Assembly: GCA_963819545.1 (NCBI GenBank)
Contig: CAWFWJ010000005.1
Location: forward strand, 133,905-197,904
Direction: 5' to 3'
DNA length: 64,000 nucleotides
DNA from: an uncultured Gammaproteobacteria bacterium
GTDB taxonomy: Bacteria > Pseudomonadota > Gammaproteobacteria > Steroidobacterales > Steroidobacteraceae
This document shows positions 10,655 through 20,076 of the stretch, piece after piece. The translations under genes and the position numbers were made by a program. Position 1 is the stretch's first letter, and each line of letters starts with the position of its first letter. The notes beneath the pieces were generated by a model, which had not been told where the DNA came from, made no database searches, and saw only the letters and a list, made by a program, of their open reading frames with translations.

Positions 10655-11713
10655 TCACAGATTCGCTTGCGGCAGCGCGCCGAAAGCCTGCCCTTGAGTT
10701 GGCGATCGAGCCATTCGCCATGCCGTGCGAGGAATGGCGCCAGGATCGTCCCAGGCGAAATAGGCGAAGCTCCGGCTGCCGAGAACGGATCCCAGCCAAC
10801 CGTCGTGCGTAATCGACCCGCGCTCGCGTAGCTCGCGGAACGCGCGGAGATCGGGGCCCAGGAAGCATCCAGCGGACTCGCTCTGGCCGTCCCGGGGGCC
10901 GGGAAGGCCTGTCCGACTGCATCGTGGTAGGCGAGCAGGGGCACATCCAGTCCGGATCGCGTGATCAATTCCTGGCCCGAGAACCGTGCGCACATTGATT
11001 TCCATGAGAACGAATCGGCCGTCGCGGGGTCGCGCCGGAATTCGACCGTGGCGGCCCGCGATGGCCGGTGATCGCGAGCAGTCGGAGCCCGAACTCGGCA
11101 CCAGCGGTTCGTCCGCGATGTCCTGAGGCTGCCGTCGCCCGACGCCGAGCGGATACTGGCGGATCTTGCGCTTGGTTCGCCAGCCGACGGGCCTGACCCC
11201 GCCGGTCGATGTAGGTCGAGAGCCGAATGCATGTCGCTGTCGTCCCGGGAATGATTTCGATCGGGATCGCGGTGAGTGCAGCGACATGAAGTCCTCGAGA
11301 ATCGCGCCGAAGCTCTCGATGTCCTGCGCCTCGAGTTTGCCGCGACGCACGCGCCGCCATTCGTGGCCCATCGCGGGCTTGACGTAGCAGGGTGCGCCGA
11401 CGATTTCGATGGCCGCTTCGATGTCGCCCGGTTCCCGACGACATGGAATCGCGGATGACGGAATTCCGATGCTGCCGCGCCGTCTGCGTAAAGGCTTGCG
11501 CCTTGTCGACGATGCACTCCAGCACGCGAATAGCTTGGCGATACGAAGCAGAATTTTTCCGCAAGCCGCTCCTGATGCTTCGCAACCAGCAGCGCGTCCT
11601 CGATCACCGGTCGCAAACAGAAACGGCTTCGGGCCGGGCGCGGCCAGGCGAGCGCCAGCAAAGTGGTGATCGCCCGTCGTCGAGTTCATCGAGATGCACG
11701 AATCGCGAGACAT
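10655..11713 (-). pseudogene. ATP-grasp domain protein (carboxylate-amine ligase-like), frameshifted
   Basis: ATG 11713 after GGAG. RPVIEDALLVAKHQERLAEKFCF, GAPCYVKPAMGHEW, DGRFVLMEINVR spread over frames 10540..11661 and 10655..11755. 3' end uncertain. Confidence 0.6.
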
Positions 11714-11892
11714 AGCGGCTCCGGCGACGGCCGAGTCCTCCGGTGGGGCGGCCACCGTGACATTCAGGCCGGCGCGGCCAAGTGATCGCGCGGCGCTCAG
11801 CGAGTTCGGGACTCGCCCTGAGAATCAGTGCGTCCACGCATGACCTTGCGCCGGCGGCAGCCCGGGCTCGGAATCGGCGCGGGTCGTCGGGC

Positions 11893-12183
11893 TCAGTCGA
11901 CTGTGCGGCGGCCGCGCGACTTTCGGCGCTGGCCGCCGGCATACCAGGCGGCCCGTTCCTGCCGTACTTGAAGCGGCGGTCTTGTTCGTCCTCGCGCCGG
12001 TCGACGTACTTCTTGAAGCGGCAGCGGCACTTTGTCGGCATCGTGCAATTGGGCATCGGCAGCGGCGGGGCGTGGTCGGCGAGGATCCGCACGCCTTCCA
12101 GCGCGCCGACGGCGCCGCAGCACTTGTGCCGGCGTCGCAATCGTGACGGCCGGGAATTTCTTAGCTTGCGGCCATGGCCATAA
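11893..12183 (-). pseudogene. small Cys-rich protein, paralogue of 47287..47598 (frame-disrupted, ends uncertain)
   Basis: Frame 11604..12425 reads HKCCGAVGALEGVRILADHAPPLPMPNCTMPTKCRCRFKKYVDRR. A neighbouring frame reads KKFPAVTIATPA. ATGGCCATGGCC at 12183 follows directly after a terminator. Confidence 0.4.
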
Positions 12184-12207
12184 AAAAGGGGCGGCCGTAG
12201 CCGCCCC
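12182..12207 (-). terminator. rho-independent terminator-like hairpin (minus strand)
   Basis: Minus strand reads GGGGCGGC-TACG-GCCGCCCC followed by TTTTTT (plus coordinates: stem 12188-12195 / 12200-12207, A-run 12182-12187). Confidence 0.6.
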
Positions 12208-12857
12208 CCATTCCCCAGCGGAGCATTCCCATCTTGTTCTTCTGACGCCTTCCCCCCCTTCGATTCGATCGCGATGACGGCGCAAAGCGCCGGCTGCGCG
12301 GCCCACGAGTGTCGTGGCCGCGACGATCCGTCACCGCAGTAATTCCGTGGATTGAAGCAACGTCGCAAACTCCATGGCCGGTTACTGGACAGCGATCCTG
12401 TTCGGTAACCCGGCAGTCTTCCCATTGCGGGGAGACCCGTGGCTTTGCGACCCCGCCTCGCAGCGGGTGTGCCGTTTCGTCAGACGATGTCGTCTGTTCG
12501 GAAGTAATCCTAACATCGCGTCGCCATTGAGCGACAACGGACATCACAATAATCGCGGACAGCAGCATCGCAGGCCTGATGATTTCTCAAGAATTTCGCG
12601 GTATGTCCCCTGGCGTGACGCGGTTCTCAGTTTGGCATGCGAGCTATGTACTAGACTCGGGCCTGCACCAAGGGCAAACCCATCGAAAGGTGGGGACGCA
12701 AAGCTTCCGGGCTAAAGACTCTTCGCGAGTCCATGCCAGCGGGGTTGCCGGCAAGAGAGGCGCGCTGAATCGCAGCAATTCGCTCGCTCCGCGCATCGAT
12801 TGTCGTCAATGACCGACCAGCGGCGGCTGACGAGTTCCCATCCGCCCGATAGGTTTG

Positions 12858-12884
12858 CGCCCTCTTTGCGGAGCAAGAGGGGCG
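12858..12884 (+). promoter_or_regulatory. Shine-Dalgarno-sequestering hairpin, leader of FN3 lipoprotein paralogue 1
   Basis: GCCCTCTT (12859-12866) pairs with AAGAGGGGC (12875-12883). ATG lies 4 nt downstream. Same architecture at 13693-13718 and 14781-14803. Confidence 0.35.
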
Positions 12885-12887
12885 GGC

Positions 12888-13566
12888 ATGCAGTCGAAAG
12901 TTCGCGTTGGTCTGGTCATGGGTGCGGCACTGCTCCTGAGCGCCTGCTTCGATCGGATGACGATGACGACAGCGAGAACGGCGATGGCAACGGCGACCCG
13001 CCGGCCGCTCAGAACAGGCGCCGACGATCGCGGGTTCGCCGCCGCCGAACATCCTGGAAGGCGAACTCTACGAATTCATCCCGACCGCGAGCGAGCCGGA
13101 CGGCGATACGCTCGAATTCACGATCGCGCGCAAGCCCGCCTGGGCGAGCTTTGACCGCGCGACGGGCCGCCTCTGGGGTACGCCGGCCGCGGAAGATGTC
13201 GGCAATTTCACGAACATCGGAATCTCGGTTTCGGACGGCAAGGCAACGGCCGCACTCGCGCAATTTCGACATCACCGTCAATCAGATTGCGCTCGGTTCA
13301 GCGACGCTGTCCTGGAAGCCGCCGACCGAAAATGCGGACGGGTCCGCGCTGACCAACCTCGCGGGCTACCGCATCTACTACGGCCGCAATCGCGACAATC
13401 TCACCGAGTCAGTCGATCGTCCTCAACAATCCGGGCCTGACCCGCTACGTGGTCGAGAACCTGTCGCCCGCGAAGTGGTACTTCTCGATGACATCAGTCA
13501 ATTCGAATGGCGTCGAAAGCCGGCGCTCGCCGACTGTCAGCAAGACAGTTACCTGATCGAAGCGGC
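12888..13566 (+). pseudogene. lipoprotein with Ig-like (He_PIG/cadherin-like) plus fibronectin-III-like domain, paralogue 1, frameshifted
   Basis: MQSKVRVGLVMGAALLLSAC lipobox. Reconstructed LEGELYEFIPTASEPDGDTLEFTIARKPAWASFDRATGRLWGTP, SATLSWKPPTENADGSALTNLAGYRIYYG, and end SVNSNGVESRRSPTVSKTVT with TGA 13564-13566. Confidence 0.65.
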
Positions 13567-13692
13567 CGCGCCTAGCGGCTTCCAGAAAAAATTGCGCGAC
13601 AGGTTGTCGCAGCATCGCTACACGTCGGCCATAACTGTCGTCATTCGAAGACGTGTGACAACTGAGTAATTTCTTGCAGATCGATACGGTGC

Positions 13693-13718
13693 GCCCCTCA
13701 ATAGATTGTACGAGGGGC
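13693..13718 (+). promoter_or_regulatory. Shine-Dalgarno-sequestering hairpin, leader of paralogue 2
   Basis: GCCCCTC (13693-13699) pairs with GAGGGGC (13712-13718). ATG 13723 lies 4 nt downstream. Confidence 0.35.
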
Positions 13719-13722
13719 TCGT

Positions 13723-14376
13723 ATGCGGATTTTACCGCTGGTACTCACGCTGTGCGTCGCTTTTCTGTTCACGGGCTGCCTGGGTTCGGGCGGAGGCAGC
13801 AGCCAAAATGGAGCCCGCGTTCGCCCGCAGGAAGGCAATCAGCCGCCGACCATTACGGGATCGCCAGCGCCCAGCATCCTCGAGGGTGAGACCTATGAAT
13901 TCACGCCGGCGGCCACAGATCCCGACGGCGACACACTCAAATTCCAGATTGCCGGAAAACCGGACTGGGCGAACTTCGAGCCGGCCACCGGCCGGCTCTG
14001 GGGGACGCCGGACGCAGGTGACGCAGGAAACTTTGCGAATATCCGGATTTCGGTGGCAGATGGAAAGGTCTCGGTCGCGCTGAATGCTTTCGGCATAGCG
14101 GTCAACACGGTGGCTTCGGGCTCGGCAACCCTTTCCTGGAATCCACCGACCCAAAACGCCGATGGGTCGAACCTGACCAATCTGGTGGGTTACCGGATCT
14201 ACTACGGCCGCAGCGCCACAGCGCTCACTCAGTCGATCGTCATAAACAATCCCGGCTTGACCCGGTATGTGGTTGAGAACCTGTCGCCCGCGATGTGGCA
14301 CTTCACGATGACTTCGGTGAACGCGAAGGGCACGGAAAGCAACAGGTCGCCGAAGGTCAGCAAGACGATCAGCTGA
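13723..14376 (+). CDS. lipoprotein with Ig-like plus fibronectin-III-like domain, paralogue 2
   Basis: Intact 217-aa ORF. Lipobox LFTGC. ILEGETYEFTPAATDPDGDTLKFQIAGKPDWANFEPATGRLWGTP. SATLSWNPPTQNADGSNLTNLVGYRIYYG. Confidence 0.8.
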   Translation: MRILPLVLTLCVAFLFTGCLGSGGGSSQNGARVRPQEGNQPPTITGSPAPSILEGETYEFTPAATDPDGDTLKFQIAGKPDWANFEPATGRLWGTPDAGDAGNFANIRISVADGKVSVALNAFGIAVNTVASGSATLSWNPPTQNADGSNLTNLVGYRIYYGRSATALTQSIVINNPGLTRYVVENLSPAMWHFTMTSVNAKGTESNRSPKVSKTIS

Positions 14377-14443
14377 GTCCGCTCCGACATTGACGCCTCT
14401 TGTCGCCCGCGCGACCATCGAGCGGGCGACACGGAGGTGGGTC

Positions 14444-14702
14444 ATGTCAGATCTGGAAGGGCATTTCGAAGCGGCGCAGGCGGCGGCCAAGAGACTGACG
14501 ACAAGCCCGACAACGACACGCTTCTCGAGCTGTATTCGTATTACAAGCAGGCGACGGAGGGCGACGCCAGCGGCGCGCGACCCGGCGCCTTCGACTTCGT
14601 GGCCCGAGCCAAACACGACGCCTGGGCGGCCCGCAAGGGCATGAGAAGGACGTGGCCATGCGCGGATACATCAAGCTCGTGGAGCACCTCCAGTCAATTT
14701 GA
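14444..14702 (+). pseudogene. acyl-CoA-binding protein (ACBP), two frameshifts
   Basis: GGAGG lies 6 nt before ATG 14444. Reconstructed MSDLEGHFEAAQAAAKRLT / [48 protein letters not shown] / [18 protein letters not shown]. This matches the classic ACBP signature (YKQAT-GD, PG--DF, AK-DAW). Confidence 0.7.
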
Positions 14703-14780
14703 AGTATTCGCCAATCGGCGACAACGTCGTCGAACACCGACAACGGCGCCTAGAAAGTATTCGCCGACCCGATAGCTTGC

Positions 14781-14803
14781 GCCCTCTTCATGAAAAGAGG
14801 GGC
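14781..14803 (+). promoter_or_regulatory. Shine-Dalgarno-sequestering hairpin, leader of paralogue 3
   Basis: GCCCTCTT (14781-14788) pairs with AAGAGGGGC (14795-14803). ATG 14808 lies 4 nt downstream. About 45 nt of the leader is conserved with 12845-12887. Confidence 0.35.
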
Positions 14804-14807
14804 TGGC

Positions 14808-15137
14808 ATGAAAGCGAAACATTGGTCGGCGATTGCCATTGGGATGGCAGTCACGATGACCGGCATACCAGCCTGGGCTGGGTCCGCGACCCTTTCCTGG
14901 TACCCCCCGACCGAGCTCGTCGACGGCACGGCGCTGACGAATCTGGCGGGCTACCGCATCTATTACGGTAAGAGCGCGACGGCGCTGAACCAGTCAATTG
15001 TGATAAATAATTCGGGCCTCACCCGCTATTTAGTCGAGAATCTCTCGCGTGCCAAGTGGTATTTCGCGATGACTGCCGTGAACTCCCAGGGAACGGAAAG
15101 CGCGCGGTCGACGACGGTCAGCAAAAGGATCTCCTAG
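14808..15137 (+). CDS. secreted fibronectin-III-like domain protein, paralogue 3 (no Ig-like domain)
   Basis: Intact ORF. Signal peptide MKAKHWSAIAIGMAVTMTGIPAWA. SATLSWYPPTELVDGTALTNLAGYRIYYG. ATG 14808 preferred over 14790 by analogy with paralogue 1. Confidence 0.7.
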   Translation: MKAKHWSAIAIGMAVTMTGIPAWAGSATLSWYPPTELVDGTALTNLAGYRIYYGKSATALNQSIVINNSGLTRYLVENLSRAKWYFAMTAVNSQGTESARSTTVSKRIS

Positions 15138-15293
15138 GCTTCGAAACCGCCGTTGGTGGCTTGACATAAGCGAATCGAGAACGCAATTCACACTATTGGT
15201 GTCTGCCGAACGAGGGACAATGGACGTTCGGGGAGGATTCGGCAATCGAATCCACGGGAAGGGAGTTCGCCCGGAGAAATCCGGCCATCAGCG

Positions 15294-16714
15294 ATGAACG
15301 AACCGATCGTATTCAAGCGCAGCGTCCTGATCGGACAGCTCGTCCTCATCCAGCTTCTGGTGCCGCCCCTGGTCGCCATCGGCACGCTGTATGGCCTGAC
15401 AGTCCTTTACGACGTTAGGTTCGACAGCGAGTTCCGCATGCTCGCGGTCCTGGTCGCGCTCCTGTCGCCCACCGTCATGAAGCGTCCGCAGGTCAGCACG
15501 CTGACCGATCATCCCGCGCTGGGGCTCGATCGCGGTCAGCCTGATCATGCGCTGGCTTGTCCTGCTCGCCATCCTGTTTGCCATCGGCTACGCGACCAAG
15601 ACATCCACGCGAATTTCCCGCCGCGTCGTCCTGACCTGGGCCATGGTGACCCCGATTCCGCTGATATTCGTCAGCCTCGCGTTCAACGAGATTCGTGCGG
15701 CAATTCATGCTCGCGCCGAGCAACGCTCGCGTCGGCGGTCGTCGCCGGTTACAACGACGTCAGCCTGGCACTGGTCGAGCGCATCCAGGCGGACCCGGGG
15801 CTCGGCATCCGGGTCACCGGGTTTTTTGACGACCGGAGCGCCGAGCGCCTCGGGCTTGCCGGTCGGCAAGGAGTTGCTCGGCGGCCTCTCGGACCTGGCG
15901 GCGTTACGTCAACTCGCAGAAGGATCGACCTTATCTTCATCGCCCTGCCGATGCGGCAGGTGCAGCGTGTCGTGGATCTGCTTGGACGAGCTTCGCGATA
16001 CGACGGCTTCGATTTATTTCGTGCCCGACATATTCGTCATGGACCTGATTCAGTCGCGCACGGCGGAGATTTCCGGAATTCCGATCGTCGCGATGTGCGA
16101 GACGCCCTTCCAGGGCACACGCGGGCTGGTCAAGCGCACTGATGGATCTCGGCATCAGCCTGCTCGCCCTGGTGCTTTTGCGCCGTTCCTGCTGCTGGTG
16201 GCGCTCCTCATCAAGCTGGGCTCGCCGGGTCCGGCGATTTTCAGGCAGCGCCGTTACGGGCTCGACGGCCAGATCATCGACGTGTACAAGTTCCGCACGA
16301 TGACTGTCGTCGAGGACGGCCCGCAAATTCAGCAGGTCACGCGTAACGATCCGCGCGTCACGCCGATCGGACGCTTCCTGCGGCGATACTCGATCGACGA
16401 ACTGCCCCAGCTATTCAATGTGCTTGCCGGAAGCATGAGCCTGGTCGGGCCCGCGCCCCCACGCCGTGGCGCATAATGAGGAGTATCGCGGGCTCATCAA
16501 GGGCTACATGGTGCGCCACAAGGTGCTGCCCGGCATTACGGGACTCGCCCAGGTCAATGGTTGCCGCGGCGAAACCAGCCGGCTTGAAGACATGAAGGCG
16601 CGGATCGAATACGACCTCGACTACCTCCGGCAATGGACGCCGTCACTGGATCTCAAGATCCTGTTCAAGACGGCAATCCAGGTCGTTGCGCGATCGCAAA
16701 GCCTATTGACGTAG
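15294..16714 (+). pseudogene. undecaprenyl-phosphate hexose-1-phosphate transferase (WcaJ/EPS sugar transferase family), frameshifted
   Basis: N-terminal TM segments, central [34 protein letters not shown]-terminal catalytic domain [43 protein letters not shown] and LPGITGLAQVNG, over three frames. Confidence 0.8.
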
Positions 16715-16737
16715 CCTCGGCCCGAGGCTGCCCGAAC

Positions 16738-18170
16738 ATGACACATGGCTCCGTCGGACTGGCCCGGGGGATTCTCCGCAATGCCGCCGCGCTTTTCCTG
16801 GTGGGGCTGTTTGCCAAGGGGGCAGGGCTCATCATTGCGGTGCTCGTCGCCCGGTTTCTCGGCGACGGATGCAATGGGACTCTTCGCCGTGCTCTTCTCT
16901 GTCGCGGTCCTGGTCGAGACCTTCATATCGCTCGGCATGTCGGACAGCCTCGTGCGCGACGTGGCGGCGCGTCCGACCGAGGCGCCCGGGGTGTACCTCG
17001 CTGCGCTGAAGCTGGCCGGATGGGTCAGCGTGATGCCGGTGGCTGGCCTGGTGGTTGCGGCGTTCCTCGTGGACGAATACGCGTCGGCCCGCTCGAGCCT
17101 GGTGATTCTGGCGGTCGGAACGCCCATTTCCGGGGCCTTCGTCGTTGCGCAGGCGGTGCTCCAGGGCGCCGAGCGCGTGCTGTTGCTGACCTGGGTCGAC
17201 GTTCCTGGCGCGAATCATCAGCGTTGCCCTTCTCGTCTATGCCTTCTATCGCGGCGCAGGCATTGAGGCGGCATTTGCGTCCCGTGTGCTCTTCCACCTG
17301 CTCTCGCTCGCGGTCTTCTCGTGTCATCCTGCTGCGACGCCGGGATGTGGGCCGAGTCGCCCATTCCGCGCGCCACCTGCTCACGCGAGCCGCGCCATTT
17401 GCGGTCAACAAGGCCATCCGGGAGCTCAGCACCCGGTTGCCCTCATTCGTGCTCCCGGCATCGGTCGGGCTTGCGGGCGCGGGCATCTTCGATTCCGCGA
17501 ACCGCATCCGCAGCACGCTCGAGCATGACGATGTCCGCAAGCATCACCGGACTGATGCCGGCATTCGCGCGAAACGCCGGTGAACCGGAAAAGGACTCGG
17601 GCGCACTGATCGGATACAGCGTGAAGTACATGTGCATCGGCCTGTCGATGGTGGCAACGGTCGTTGCGCTGCTGTCCGAATGGATCGTGAAACTGCTGTT
17701 CGGGGGCGAGTTCGCGGCGGCGGCTCTGCCGCTTCAGCTGCTGACGTGGGCGCAGGTACTCAACGGCGTCGACGCCGTGCTACAGCAGGCGATGCTTGCG
17801 CGGGGAGTGGTGGGACCCGCGGTTCGCAACTCCGCGATCGGCGTGGCCGCCCAGCTGGCGTTGCTCATCCTGCTGTCCAGGATCCTCGGCCTGCCCGGAG
17901 CCGCACTGGCCGTCCTGCTGTCGTCCGCGATGATCATGGCGATCGACCTGCGTTATCTCGTCCGTAATGTGATCGCGATTCCAGTTTGGCACTTTGCCAT
18001 CGCTCCATTGATTGCCGCGTTTTCGGTGGCTTGCCTGATGCTCGCCGCAGATCACGTTTCCTTCGCGCCGCGCGCCCTCGTTGCCGTTGGAAGTTGGGCC
18101 GTTGCGGTGGCATTATTCCGCGTCCTTCCGCGGGATGAACTGAGCTTCATCTGGTGGCTCTTCCGGCCAC
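16738..18170 (+). pseudogene. Wzx-type (MOP superfamily) polysaccharide flippase no. 1, at least 5 frame changes
   Basis: MTHGSVGLARGILRNAAALFLVGLFAKGAGLIIAVLVARFLG, MGLFAVLFSVAVLVETFISLGMSDSLVRDVA, and later TM helices in frame 17321..19096. No stop before the next domain. Confidence 0.65.
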
Positions 18171-18184
18171 GCAAGGGAAATCGG

Positions 18185-19096
18185 GTGAAGAACGTGCAGC
18201 AAAATGAATCAGGCCGCGTGCGGGCGATCATACTGACGACGCAGCGGAGCGGCTCGACGTTCCTGGTCGAATGCCTGCGCTCCCATCCGGAAATCGAGTG
18301 CTCCGGCGAGATACTGAATGGCCAGCCCGACCATGCCGTGCCGCCGTTCCGCGGGCCGTTCAAGCAGGTCATGAAAGCCTTGCGAATCGCCCGGACGGGT
18401 GCCTGGATGCCGGGCCGCTGGATGGACGCCTTCTATGGGCGCGGTCGCGCGAAGGTCCGTTGCTTCAAGGCCATGTACAACCAGCTGTCGCGTCCATTTG
18501 CTCTTCGCTACCTTGTCGAGAATGAGGATGTGCGGGTCATTCACCTGCGCCGGCACAACCTGCTGAAGGTCCATGTCTCGACGCTGCTGATGAACAAGAG
18601 GGAGAAGATCCAGGCCACGGCGCCCACCGAGGCCGTGTGGATTCACGTGGACCCGGCCAAGGCGATCGCGAACATGCGCAAGGCCCGCGAGTACTACGAA
18701 TCCTTCGACAGGGCTTTCGAAAAGCATCCGCGACTTCAGGTCTCGTACGAGAGCCTGTTCGACGGCGCATTTCTTCAGGCGGATACCGCCCGCCGCATCT
18801 GCGATTTCCTGGACGTCGCGCAGTTCCGGATGCAGTCGAAGCTCACGAAGCTCAATCCTGAGTCCTTGCGGGACATGGTGACCAACTACGATGAGCTGGC
18901 TGACGCGATATCCACGACCGAATTTGCCGACATGCTCGCAATGAGCAGGGCGCCCACTCAGGGCTTCTGGGACCTCCGGACCTCGCCGACTCCGGGCGCA
19001 GGTGAAAAGACCGTCTGTTTGATCCGCTCCGCGGCGCCGACAATCCCAGGAGCCACGCTGCCGATCAGGTCAACTGCCATACGGGCGGCGTTGTAA
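18185..19096 (+). CDS. Stf0-like sulfotransferase (ST-2), in frame with the flippase 3' end
   Basis: Possible GTG 18185 after AAGGGA. ILTTQRSGSTFLVECLRSHPEIECSGEIL and HLRRHNLLKVHVS. The last ~45 codons overlap the convergent GT2 and are probably not genuine. Confidence 0.65.
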   Translation: MKNVQQNESGRVRAIILTTQRSGSTFLVECLRSHPEIECSGEILNGQPDHAVPPFRGPFKQVMKALRIARTGAWMPGRWMDAFYGRGRAKVRCFKAMYNQLSRPFALRYLVENEDVRVIHLRRHNLLKVHVSTLLMNKREKIQATAPTEAVWIHVDPAKAIANMRKAREYYESFDRAFEKHPRLQVSYESLFDGAFLQADTARRICDFLDVAQFRMQSKLTKLNPESLRDMVTNYDELADAISTTEFADMLAMSRAPTQGFWDLRTSPTPGAGEKTVCLIRSAAPTIPGATLPIRSTAIRAAL

Positions 19097-19940
19097 TTCC
19101 TGAACCACCAATTGAGCAGGAGCCGTCCGCGCCCGCAACTTCGCAACCCGCGACAAGCGTGCATTCGACACCACTTTCCAATAGGTGCCATACAGCCGGC
19201 AGACCGGGAAGCTGAATCGCTCTGTGTTGCGGGTATCGTGCCACGCCGCCCTATCTTTCGGCTTCTTCCGTGCTCGCGAGTAGCGAGCCTCGTGATCGCG
19301 TACCCTGATTAGCGCGCCTGGTACCAAGATGAATTGCCCGAACAGCGATACCTGCGCGAGCAGCGCCCGGTCCGCACCATGGAAACTGGGCAAAAGCATT
19401 GAGCCTTCGAGAACGCTGCGCCGGAACACGCCCATCATGTCGTAGCAATCGTGTGGCTCAAGGACAAGGGCGGCGAAACGTGTGGTGACATCGTCTGATT
19501 CCGAACCGGGAACATGGTGCTGATGCACGCCCAGGCTGTTGCCGGATTCGTCGATGTAATCGATGTCCGACTGACAGACGGCCGCATCTGGGTAAACTTC
19601 AAGCGCATCAATACAGGCGCGCAGGAAATCCGGCTGCAGCACGTCATCATGAGCCGCCCACTTGAAGTACTTACCTCGACAAAGCTCGAAGGTCCGGTTG
19701 TAGTTCGGATGCGCGCCCAGGTTAACGTCGTTCCGGAAGTATCGAACCCGACCGTCCGAAGCCGCGAAACGACCTGCAGATTTCCTCGGTGCGATCCGTC
19801 GACGCGTTGTCGGAGATAACGAGCTCGAAGTCGGCAAACGACTGACGCAGGACGGACTCGATGGCCTCTGCGAGGAAGCGCTCGCCGTTGTAGACGGGCA
19901 TGCCGACGCCGACGACGGGGGACGCGGAAATGGCGGGCAT
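18958..19940 (-). pseudogene. family 2 glycosyltransferase, frameshifted
   Basis: MPAISASPVVGVGMPVYNGERFLAEAIESVLRQSFADFELVISDNASTDRTEEIC (frame 19722..20384), then VRYFRNDVNLGAHPNYN...WAAHDD (frame 19070..19945). Tail in 18958..19191. Confidence 0.7.
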
Positions 19941-20076
19941 GTCACATTCTAGCCGACATAATTCTGAGCGATGGGCGCTTCGGATGAGTCCCGGGCAGCG
20001 GGGTCGGCAGCGTGTGATACAGTGCCAAAAAAAGCCGGGAAAGGTTCTGTAAAATGGCTGCGGTGAAGGAAAACCC

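Noticed and set aside
8762-10946. Two 447-aa minus-strand ORFs (8762..10105 and 9603..10946)
   Set aside because: They are frame-fused composites of the UXS-like, PIG-L and ATP-grasp genes, with long low-complexity Arg/Pro/Ala runs. They are not independent proteins.
11782-12183. 133-aa plus-strand ORF antisense to the Cys-rich fragment
   Set aside because: Ser/Arg/Ala-rich composition, no recognisable motif and no ribosome-binding site. The opposite strand carries the conserved CC...C-x-CR motif.
12183-12215. Sigma-54-like GG-N10-GC match (TGGGGAATGGGGGGC, minus strand) upstream of the 12-kb Cys-rich fragment
   Set aside because: It lies within a G-rich run that forms the terminator stem, and the flanking consensus positions do not match. 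Most likely a chance match.
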